Shown: piece after piece, positions 6,287 to 14,868 of the stretch
Numbering within the stretch: position 1 is the stretch's first letter
Layout: each line of letters opens with the position of its first letter
Virus record (IMG/VR): IMGVR_UViG_3300047374_000214
Location: 1-26,127 of that record
Source of the DNA: a virus
Lineage: Duplodnaviria; Caudoviricetes
DNA: 26,127 bases
Strand: one strand, 5' to 3'
The notes under the pieces: generated by a model
Seen by the model: the letters and a program-made list of their open reading frames with translations, nothing else
Databases searched by the model: none
Told to the model about the DNA's origin: nothing
Position numbers and translations under genes: made by a program

Positions 6287-9200
6287 TTATGACGTTATTT
6301 TTACCATAGGTCTAATCCTATAGGAGTAACCTAATCTTTTATTATATATCAATCTAAAATTAAGGGGCTTTTGTTCGTGAGCTTTAAAACTAAAGTTCTG
6401 ATCCGCAATAAAGCCTCCATCATCTAATGCATCTAACGTAGATGCATTTTCAAGCGTTGATGCAACACCTTTTACTCTTTTAGTAAATAGTTTAATTTGA
6501 TTAACGCCGAATGCATTTACTAGGTTATCGCTAATGTATAATCTAGCATCATCTTTCAAAGTTGTTTTATCTTCAGCCGAGTCTATTGGCAGCACATATT
6601 TTGTAATAGAAGCTAATACCCCTTCTTCGCTTAACCTTCTATTAATTGTAAAATCAATATAAAAGTCAAATAATACTCTTTCTCTATCTTCAAACATTAC
6701 AACGTCAGTCTTATTAGTATTATTTCTTAAAATACTATCTAGTTCTTCTTCTGAATTTACGATTTCTGTTTTAAACTGTAATAATTCATAGTTATCTGCA
6801 GTTTTCATAATAGTAGATGCTAAATACGACTTTTCTTCTTTAGTTTCAAATGTACCAGGAACTGGCTCTGTTAAACCACCCGATAAAGCCCTAGTATAAT
6901 AGTTCTTATCCCATGAAGATCTAAATACATGAACATCTTTTTTATCAATAGCGATTTCACCAATTAATGGATATAGCGGTAATTTATCTGTAGACGTAGA
7001 TAGTTTTGTAATACCAGCTGTATTAAACTCATTTACCTTTCTGTAGAAATGATTTTTAATTTTACCCCATTGTACATCATGTGTACCACCATCATAAATA
7101 AATCCTAAATTAAAAGCAACGCCACATCTATTATATCTTCTATAGTAATCTTTTGCTAATTCAATTTCAGATAGATCTGATAGAGAGTGTTTGTACATTC
7201 TTTCTTCAAGAGTAATCTCATTTATATTTGATGTACTTTGTAAAGTGTTTGTCTTCATGTGTGCATATATGTCTGTGAATGTTACAACCGGGGTTGTATC
7301 AATCGTATATCCACCGTTATGTCTAATTAAGAACGGATAGTAGGTAAAACTATTAGTTAAATTATAGCCAATATTACTCGTCGATAACTTAAATGATTCA
7401 GGTTTATCTTCATCTTCTGTAGTTATGATAAAAGACTCTTTAATAATTTCTACACCATCTTCAATTAGAATAATAAATTTATTCTGCTCAATCGTACCGT
7501 CGGTTTGAACAGTCGTATACTTTACACTACCTGGTTCTCTAAGCAGCATCTCGGCTACGTTTTGTATACCTAATGCATTTAAAATATTTTCGTAGGCATT
7601 TATACCACCCTGAATATATATGTACTCAGCATTCCATTGTAAATAACCTGGCAATGTATTCAAATCTATAAATGGAGTTAATGGATCTCCGTTTTGATCA
7701 AAGCCATCACCAAAATCACCATCGGTAATATTTTTTACACCTTGTGTAAGTTTAATACTATCTTGACCTTCAATCTCTTCTATATTTACTCTTAATGTCA
7801 TTTCACCAAAAGCAGTGTTTAATTTAACTATGATATTACCAAATGCATCATCATCGTTTTTATTAATCTGTTCTAAGAATTGAGGCATACTACCATCTGC
7901 ATGCTGTAAACCTTTTAGTATTAAATAATCGTCAGCAGCATCGTTGGTTTGATTTAGAGAATTAAAATCTAAATGACCATCTAATTTTATATCAGAATAT
8001 TTAAAAGTGCCGGCTTCATTATCCCAAACAAGAGAATGTTTTAATTCATAAAGTAGTTTTTTGGTTAACGTTTGATCTGCCCATAAATCATCTAGACTTA
8101 GTGAGATAAAGAATACCACATATTTAAACTTATCGTTTTGAATTACTTCATACTCAATATCATTTGACTCTTGTGCAGTTTTTACGTTTAGCAAAATACT
8201 GAATTTATATCCATTAAATTCTGACGACTTAATAAAGTCAACTGGAGTATCTGATGTAAACTCTTTTCTATTTTTAAACTTAATCTTTAGCCCTTTAAAA
8301 ATAGTTTCAGCAAAAGCTATATCATTACCGCCGTCAATTTTAGTATATTTCTTTTGTCTATTTGTTTTTACAAAAGTCTTATAGTTATTATCACCTTTGG
8401 TCTCAAACCCTTCCGTTACAAAGAATCTATCAAAGTAGTCATAATTTGTATCTTTAAAAATAGCAGGGGTAATCTCAAACCCTTCCATAAAGTTAATATA
8501 ACTAAATGAATCATTTAATCTATAAATAGGGTCAGCTCCGTCTTCTCCTAAATTCTTAGTTAAATGTTTAGGTAGGTTATTAACATAAAACCACTCATGT
8601 GTCATACCTAATCTATTTCTATTTTCAAAAGATAAATCTGCAGAGAAGTTAGATCTTCCAAATGCTTCATTAGCATTTAAGTAATATGGTTGTTCTCTTA
8701 CAGTAAGAGTATCTTTTAATACCCACTTATTAATATTAGGTATTACTCTAGAGTCAACAGCAAATTCTTTTAAATAGTTTTCTTGTAGTCTATCGTACTC
8801 GCTTTGAATAATATTCTCTTTAAACTCATCAGCTTGTTCTTCTAATAGTACATCATTTAAACCTGTAAAATATCTTTCTGGTTCAATAGTATATTCTGTA
8901 TTTTCAATATCACCAAATGGATATATGTCATTTGTTTGATCTCTTTCTGGTTCGTATGCAATTTCATTTTCAGTTTCATACTGTAATTCTTTTAGTTTAG
9001 AATTAGAAGTATCATAAAAGTCAAAATTCATATCATGAATATCATACGCTGAAAATAAACCTAGTCTAACTAGATTATCAGCAAAGATATTAATTTCACC
9101 AGAGTCAATTGTATTATCTCTTTCTAAGACAACTTTCTTATATTGTAAAGGTAGTCTTTCAATATCATCTACTATATCAATGACTTTATTGTATATGCCA

Positions 9201-12200
9201 ATTGATTTAGTCTCAATATAATCATTAATATTAATATCATTAACTGAGTCTAAACTTACTAGCATAGATTTATTAGCAGAATTACCACCACTAAAGAAAT
9301 ATACATTACTGTTAGAAAGCACATCAGATGAATCATCACTAATATTTAATCTCAGTAAATTATCTACATCTTCGTTTGCATCATCTAAAGAAATCCAATT
9401 ATTAGCATTATCATCTGGAATTGCAATACCAGCCTGTAATAACCTATAGCCAACCACATCAGTTTTAATATAAAAATGTTCAGCTTTATCATAGGTTAAT
9501 GCTGTAAATCCATTATCAACTGAATTAATAGACTTTACAATAGCAGATGTGATTTCTGCAAGAGTACCCTGGTTTGAAAAACTAGTTGAATTAAAATGTC
9601 CAGGTGCTAAACCATCAGTACCAAAGAACATATTATTTGCTAAATCATAAGGTACTTGTAATTCTTCTATTCTAGCAATAGTTATATTATTACCCAATGA
9701 AGATATACTAGGTTCAAACGGAGATAGCGATGCTCTCTTCTCATAAACAACCATACTATCATCTGACTCCTTTTCAAATACTAGATTGTCACTAATAATA
9801 CTAAATGTATTATTTAAAGTGTCGACTAGAGTTTGTAAGTCTTCAGTTAAAGTTATGAATAGGTTTTGAAGAGCACCATTTACAGTAATTCCAAATGAAA
9901 ATATATTACCTACTGTATACCTTTTAAATTGAATTCTATATAACTGTTCTTTAGATGGGAATATTGCAAATCTATCATTAACTGCTGGGTTTTCAACAAC
10001 ATTTACTTTAATAAAATCACTACCAACATTGTTATTAGTCGTCATTTCTACAGACCTTCCGGTTGCAGCTAATTTAATTTCATTAGGAATATTATTAGCA
10101 CCATCTTCTACTCTAACCTCTAAGTTTAAAGAGTTATAGAATTGTCTAGGAGATATTTTATAGAAATCATCTGAAACATTAGCATATCCTAAAACAGGAG
10201 ATGACGCCATTAAATGATGTGGAGGAATAGCAGAGTTAGGGGAATCATTAATATCTGAATTTAGATGCTTAAACTTAAGCAGTCCATTATTAGCAGAGCT
10301 TAAAGTACCATACCCTGAGTCTATATTATCTACATATAAACCAAAATATCTATTTATACCATAATCTTCAACGTTGTTATCGTTAAATAAGAATTCCATG
10401 TTAATTAAATTAGCACATGCTAAATTATTTCTTTGGAATCCGTCTGTAATTAAATTATTTTCAGCTATAATAGTTTGATCTTTCTTAACAAAATCATCAT
10501 ATAGGTATTCACCCTTACTGGTAAATCCACCTTTAGATAAATCAATACCATTGAAACTACTTCTTTCATTTCTATCAAAATTAATAGTTAACGGATTTTT
10601 AGGGAATGATTCTGATTGTACGTGGTTTCTAATATAAGTACCAAGTTCAGAATCTCTAGTTAAATCAAATGTTTTAATAATCTCACTATTATTTAAAATA
10701 GTTGTCATATTTTCTAAGTTACTTACTGCATCAAAATCTAATGCAGAAGGATCGTTAACTCTAAATATTACAAATTTAGAAGGAATATTTTTATCTAGCC
10801 AAATCGGAGCCATCATTCTGAAATCTTCAGTATGAAGCTTAGAATAATTATAGACTGTTCCGTAATGATAATCTTCTTCTATTTGCTTATCAAAAGTTTC
10901 TTGTACTGAAAAATCGGAATAGCTTTTCTTTGTTAAATAAATTTGATCTGAAGGAGTCTTTGACTGTTTAAAGAATTTTTGTAAGTCGTAAGCCCACTGT
11001 CCATCTTTATTTAAACTAAATTTTTTATATTCAACTGAAGCTAATTCTTTTGTAGCATCAATTGACTCAATAAACATATTACCATTCGAGTTAACTACTA
11101 ATTTAGCATTTGTTGATAGTTTAGGGTTTGTTCTTAATAAAGGTTTAGATAAATCATCTAATTGATAATTACTTTCTAAATCAAAATTAGGAATAGATCT
11201 ATTAATTATATCAGCATCATCAGCAGTCTGTAGTGTATATGTGTTCGTAAAATTACCATCTAATATACATGTGTTACAGTCAGCATAGCCGTAATTAATT
11301 TCAGCACCACTTGTTAACCCTATGTCCGGACCTGAAACTCTAACAGGCCTTACATTTATACCTTGATATTCTTGTTGGCTATTAAGAATGCTAATAGCAT
11401 CATCAGCGTTTACTGCAAAGATTTTATGAACTAAACTAATACAACCTATCAAATTATCGCCATTCATAATAACAGGAGGTGCAATCTGATCCCATAAATC
11501 TTCTAAATAAGAGCTAGAACCAGGTTCAATAGTATGCAGTCCATCTACAATATACATTGGCCAATAAGGAACGCCTTCTTCAAATTTTGCTTCACATGAA
11601 TAAAAAGCATAAAATACATTTTCTCTAGATGTTGAAAATCCAGAAGGTACATCACATTCATTATTAGGTAATCCTAAACAAATAGCAGCATTTGGTACAG
11701 GTCTTTCATATCTAGGTGTACAATTAGCAAGATTTGTAGTGCTTAATGCATCTTCTAAATCACCTGTATCTGGATTATCACCTTTCCATCTAAAATTACC
11801 AATATAGCCGCTTGAATTATCATTTTCCCAAACAGCAAATTGAGCTAGGGGTGCACCGTTTTGATCTGCTAAAAATACAGTACTTGGCCAAAGGTTATCA
11901 TAATCTAACATTTGAGCAGAAGCCTCATCCGTAAATACTACGATATTATTTTTTAGTAAATATGTTAATTTACCAATATTATCTGTATTATCTAAAGCAG
12001 TATCATTATATGTTGCCAGTTCATCTGCTCTAAACCAAAGAGTATCTGCTATTACAGAACCTGCGCCTGTACATGCAGCATCAATAGATGTAGGCATATT
12101 TTGATTAAACCATATATCTACCGAATATGTTTTATAGACGATTGGATCTGCACATTCTGTGGCTATTTGAGAAGTCCAATTACCACCAACTAATCTAAAG

Positions 12201-14800
12201 TAATTATCTTGTAAGCTATTATCTGAATAATAACCAGAAGGAACTAATAAACCAGCAGGTGCAGTTTGACCATCATATTGGTTTGCAAAGTATTCGTTTG
12301 AGAATAGTTGCCCACCCGCAGTTACAATATCACTTAAAGTAGGTTGTGCCCCGTTAAGTCCATTATTAACATCGTCAGGATCTATTATATTTTGCCAAAC
12401 AACTGCCTCTTCATAGTTGCCTCTACAAATATCGTTTTCATCGTTTCCAAATTGTACTGAAATTTGCCAAGCATTACCTGTTGTTACGTTACAGTTAATT
12501 ATACCTTCTATTACACCAACTGAATTTATTTGTAATGCTTTAGTTGAATTACCATCCTGTACAGAAACCCATTGGTTAGAATTAGAAGGAGCTATTAATG
12601 GAGATGTCGGAGTATTATTTCCAGAATCTATTTGTGTATAAATACTATGCCCTATGGCCAACTGAGCAACAGAACCTGCTTGCGCCGCATCTAAGTATGC
12701 GATAATTCCTTGGTTTAAGTTACATGCTGTGTTCCCATCTCCAGTAAACTGAGATCTATTTACAGTAATAAAACCAACACCATTAACTCTAATTGAAAGT
12801 GTAAATGGACCTCCTGTTGCTTCATCATTAAATGCATCTCTTGCAGTAATCTCATAAGTTTCTACTATGAATTGGTTAACAGGAACGTTTAGAGTTGCAG
12901 AGTTATATGTCCATGAGCCATTAGCATCTAAAGTAAAACTAGAACCAATGAGTCCTGAAGTTTTAGTAGATGTAAAAGTAATCTCATTTTGGCTTCCGTC
13001 AGGATCACTAATAAAAACACTATTATTTACATTACCAGTTAATGTACTAAACTGTTGTACCTCTCCTGATGTAGCAGTTTGATTCCATACCGGAGCCGCA
13101 TTAACTGCTGCACTTAAAGTAAATTTAAAATCAGCCGCGGAAGATTCAAGCTGTGGATTTCCATCATCTTTAACCTTTACCCAAAAGACATCTTCTTGTG
13201 AAGATGGGTTACTATTAGGACCTAAAGTAATATTACTAGTATATAAAAATGCAGGAGGTACATTATTTTGTATAGTTACTGTTAAAGTACCATGTTGACC
13301 TGTATAATTACCAGCTGTCATTGGTGTTCCACCAGAACCACTTAATCCAGCACCGTTATCATTAACAGAAATGTAGTATGTTAAGTCAGCTGCAGGTGTT
13401 TCCTCAGTTGCGTTAATATAAGCACCTAGGTTAAAAGATGGGTAAACATCTCCAACATTTACAGACGGTAGTGTAAATTCATTACCACCCTGAATAATTG
13501 GAGCTTGGTTTTGTGCCTGTTGTACTACTAAACTAATAGTCCCGTCATCAGAATCTCCAGAATCATCGAACGCTTCATACGTTACTAGATTGGTAATTGC
13601 AGCATCAGTATCAGGTATAATTTTTATAGTCGGAGCGCCATTACTACCATTAGAAATAACAGCCGGAAGTGATAAAGCACCGCCGCTACCATTAACATCT
13701 TCAACAGTACAGTTGACTGCTGTTAAAATTCTTATTTGTAAATCACCAGCTCCAAAACTATCATCAGAATCACCTACTACTCCAGCACCCGTCCAACCGG
13801 TTGGACTAGAAAAATCTAATTCTTTTTCAAGAGGGTCTGTATCTGCAGGTATATTAAATGTATAGTCGTAAGCTACTGGAATTGCATTAGAACCTGCTTG
13901 TGTAATAGTTCTCCATGCAGAAACCTTTGATGGATCGTCAGGGTGTTGCAGCCTAATCTCGATAGATCTACTATCATTAGAAGGATTCGGTGGGATAACA
14001 ATCTGAATATTACCACCTGTAAGACTAGAATTTGTTAGAAATATTGTGGGAGTACCACTATCCCAGGCATTATTAGGTGTTCCGTTTTGTAGCTCAAAGT
14101 CTTGGCCATCTAGGTTTCCATTAGCGCCAGTCATACTATATTGCTCTAAAGGAGCTGACGGCTGTGAGTTTTGATCTTGGCCAGCAGATCCTACTGATAT
14201 ATTACCAGTATTACCACTATCCCATGCTATTGAATCTAGTTCTGTTACAGATACTCCAGTTACAGTTACCGTAACCTCTTGTCCGGTATTATCAAAACCA
14301 CTTGGGACTGTAATATTAATATCGTAATCAGAAATACCTAATGTATAATTAGTAGGGTTAGCACTTGCAAATGCACCTAATCCACCAATAGTTACATCTT
14401 GAGAAACAATTGAAGTACCAGTTAATCCAGCTGCTACTGTAACTGGTTCTGCATCTGCTGGTAAAAATGTTGCTAAAGTTGTTGTTGCTTCTGTAGTTGC
14501 TAACGTTGTAGTAAATGTGCCTGCTTGTTGTCCTGAACTATCAATTTGAATAACATCACCAGTATCTGTTTTATACCAACCAGGAGTAGGATTACCTTGA
14601 GAGTCTGTAACATTACCATCAAACGGATTTGATAACCCAGATGAAGGAGGCGTCGCTGTATTATCAAAAGTTGTAAAATACACCGTGCTAGCTACAGCAT
14701 CATCAATCCATGTTATTTCATCAAATGGACCTGTATGCCCTAACGCTCCTGCCGACGTTAAATACCCGACATCCGATAAGTTTATTTGTTGTACTGCCAT
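6287..14800 (-). CDS. Giant virion structural protein (2837 aa): about 1200-aa adhesin-like N-terminal part joined to an about 1620-aa phage structural core
   Basis: Uninterrupted 8.5-kb ORF. The N-terminal part is G/T/N/S/D-rich and K/R-poor, with a BACON-like unit, three NxxP-initiated cadherin/VCBS-like units and Cys-bounded repeats. Composition switches to ordinary globular near SKPLLRTNPKLSTNAKLVV (about 11150). Confidence 0.7.
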   Translation of the reverse strand: MAVQQINLSDVGYLTSAGALGHTGPFDEITWIDDAVASTVYFTTFDNTATPPSSGLSNPFDGNVTDSQGNPTPGWYKTDTGDVIQIDSSGQQAGTFTTTLATTEATTTLATFLPADAEPVTVAAGLTGTSIVSQDVTIGGLGAFASANPTNYTLGISDYDINITVPSGFDNTGQEVTVTVTGVSVTELDSIAWDSGNTGNISVGSAGQDQNSQPSAPLEQYSMTGANGNLDGQDFELQNGTPNNAWDSGTPTIFLTNSSLTGGNIQIVIPPNPSNDSRSIEIRLQHPDDPSKVSAWRTITQAGSNAIPVAYDYTFNIPADTDPLEKELDFSSPTGWTGAGVVGDSDDSFGAGDLQIRILTAVNCTVEDVNGSGGALSLPAVISNGSNGAPTIKIIPDTDAAITNLVTYEAFDDSGDSDDGTISLVVQQAQNQAPIIQGGNEFTLPSVNVGDVYPSFNLGAYINATEETPAADLTYYISVNDNGAGLSGSGGTPMTAGNYTGQHGTLTVTIQNNVPPAFLYTSNITLGPNSNPSSQEDVFWVKVKDDGNPQLESSAADFKFTLSAAVNAAPVWNQTATSGEVQQFSTLTGNVNNSVFISDPDGSQNEITFTSTKTSGLIGSSFTLDANGSWTYNSATLNVPVNQFIVETYEITARDAFNDEATGGPFTLSIRVNGVGFITVNRSQFTGDGNTACNLNQGIIAYLDAAQAGSVAQLAIGHSIYTQIDSGNNTPTSPLIAPSNSNQWVSVQDGNSTKALQINSVGVIEGIINCNVTTGNAWQISVQFGNDENDICRGNYEEAVVWQNIIDPDDVNNGLNGAQPTLSDIVTAGGQLFSNEYFANQYDGQTAPAGLLVPSGYYSDNSLQDNYFRLVGGNWTSQIATECADPIVYKTYSVDIWFNQNMPTSIDAACTGAGSVIADTLWFRADELATYNDTALDNTDNIGKLTYLLKNNIVVFTDEASAQMLDYDNLWPSTVFLADQNGAPLAQFAVWENDNSSGYIGNFRWKGDNPDTGDLEDALSTTNLANCTPRYERPVPNAAICLGLPNNECDVPSGFSTSRENVFYAFYSCEAKFEEGVPYWPMYIVDGLHTIEPGSSSYLEDLWDQIAPPVIMNGDNLIGCISLVHKIFAVNADDAISILNSQQEYQGINVRPVRVSGPDIGLTSGAEINYGYADCNTCILDGNFTNTYTLQTADDADIINRSIPNFDLESNYQLDDLSKPLLRTNPKLSTNAKLVVNSNGNMFIESIDATKELASVEYKKFSLNKDGQWAYDLQKFFKQSKTPSDQIYLTKKSYSDFSVQETFDKQIEEDYHYGTVYNYSKLHTEDFRMMAPIWLDKNIPSKFVIFRVNDPSALDFDAVSNLENMTTILNNSEIIKTFDLTRDSELGTYIRNHVQSESFPKNPLTINFDRNERSSFNGIDLSKGGFTSKGEYLYDDFVKKDQTIIAENNLITDGFQRNNLACANLINMEFLFNDNNVEDYGINRYFGLYVDNIDSGYGTLSSANNGLLKFKHLNSDINDSPNSAIPPHHLMASSPVLGYANVSDDFYKISPRQFYNSLNLEVRVEDGANNIPNEIKLAATGRSVEMTTNNNVGSDFIKVNVVENPAVNDRFAIFPSKEQLYRIQFKRYTVGNIFSFGITVNGALQNLFITLTEDLQTLVDTLNNTFSIISDNLVFEKESDDSMVVYEKRASLSPFEPSISSLGNNITIARIEELQVPYDLANNMFFGTDGLAPGHFNSTSFSNQGTLAEITSAIVKSINSVDNGFTALTYDKAEHFYIKTDVVGYRLLQAGIAIPDDNANNWISLDDANEDVDNLLRLNISDDSSDVLSNSNVYFFSGGNSANKSMLVSLDSVNDININDYIETKSIGIYNKVIDIVDDIERLPLQYKKVVLERDNTIDSGEINIFADNLVRLGLFSAYDIHDMNFDFYDTSNSKLKELQYETENEIAYEPERDQTNDIYPFGDIENTEYTIEPERYFTGLNDVLLEEQADEFKENIIQSEYDRLQENYLKEFAVDSRVIPNINKWVLKDTLTVREQPYYLNANEAFGRSNFSADLSFENRNRLGMTHEWFYVNNLPKHLTKNLGEDGADPIYRLNDSFSYINFMEGFEITPAIFKDTNYDYFDRFFVTEGFETKGDNNYKTFVKTNRQKKYTKIDGGNDIAFAETIFKGLKIKFKNRKEFTSDTPVDFIKSSEFNGYKFSILLNVKTAQESNDIEYEVIQNDKFKYVVFFISLSLDDLWADQTLTKKLLYELKHSLVWDNEAGTFKYSDIKLDGHLDFNSLNQTNDAADDYLILKGLQHADGSMPQFLEQINKNDDDAFGNIIVKLNTAFGEMTLRVNIEEIEGQDSIKLTQGVKNITDGDFGDGFDQNGDPLTPFIDLNTLPGYLQWNAEYIYIQGGINAYENILNALGIQNVAEMLLREPGSVKYTTVQTDGTIEQNKFIILIEDGVEIIKESFIITTEDEDKPESFKLSTSNIGYNLTNSFTYYPFLIRHNGGYTIDTTPVVTFTDIYAHMKTNTLQSTSNINEITLEERMYKHSLSDLSEIELAKDYYRRYNRCGVAFNLGFIYDGGTHDVQWGKIKNHFYRKVNEFNTAGITKLSTSTDKLPLYPLIGEIAIDKKDVHVFRSSWDKNYYTRALSGGLTEPVPGTFETKEEKSYLASTIMKTADNYELLQFKTEIVNSEEELDSILRNNTNKTDVVMFEDRERVLFDFYIDFTINRRLSEEGVLASITKYVLPIDSAEDKTTLKDDARLYISDNLVNAFGVNQIKLFTKRVKGVASTLENASTLDALDDGGFIADQNFSFKAHEQKPLNFRLIYNKRLGYSYRIRPMVKITS

Positions 14801-14835
14801 TTACCTTTTTATCTTTTATAGAGAATCCTCTCTAC

Positions 14836-14843
14836 TATATATC
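14836..14843 (-). promoter_or_regulatory. Candidate late promoter GATATATA upstream of the 2837-aa gene
   Basis: Lies in the 68-bp gap 14801-14868, 35 nt upstream of the ATG. It is identical to the motif at 637-644 and is followed by a 6-bp-stem hairpin (14819-14834). Confidence 0.6.
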
Positions 14844-14868
14844 CATCCAACTGGTGGGGACATATACA

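Noticed and set aside
6306-6325. 10-bp palindrome TCCTATAGGA (6316-6325) and overlapping 5-bp inverted repeat near the end of the giant gene
   Set aside because: It is short, inside coding sequence and has no U-tract; such a palindrome is expected by chance in 26 kb.
6287-14800. Tape measure protein or virion RNA polymerase as the identity of the 2837-aa ORF
   Set aside because: The sequence is beta/Ig-like and acidic, not the Ala/Gly-rich helical type of tape measures, and no polymerase DxDGD motif in a plausible context was seen.
14801-14868. Rho-independent terminator or small RNA gene in the long gap
   Set aside because: The stem is only 6 bp and AT-rich, with no following U-run on the coding strand, and the gap is too short for a tRNA.
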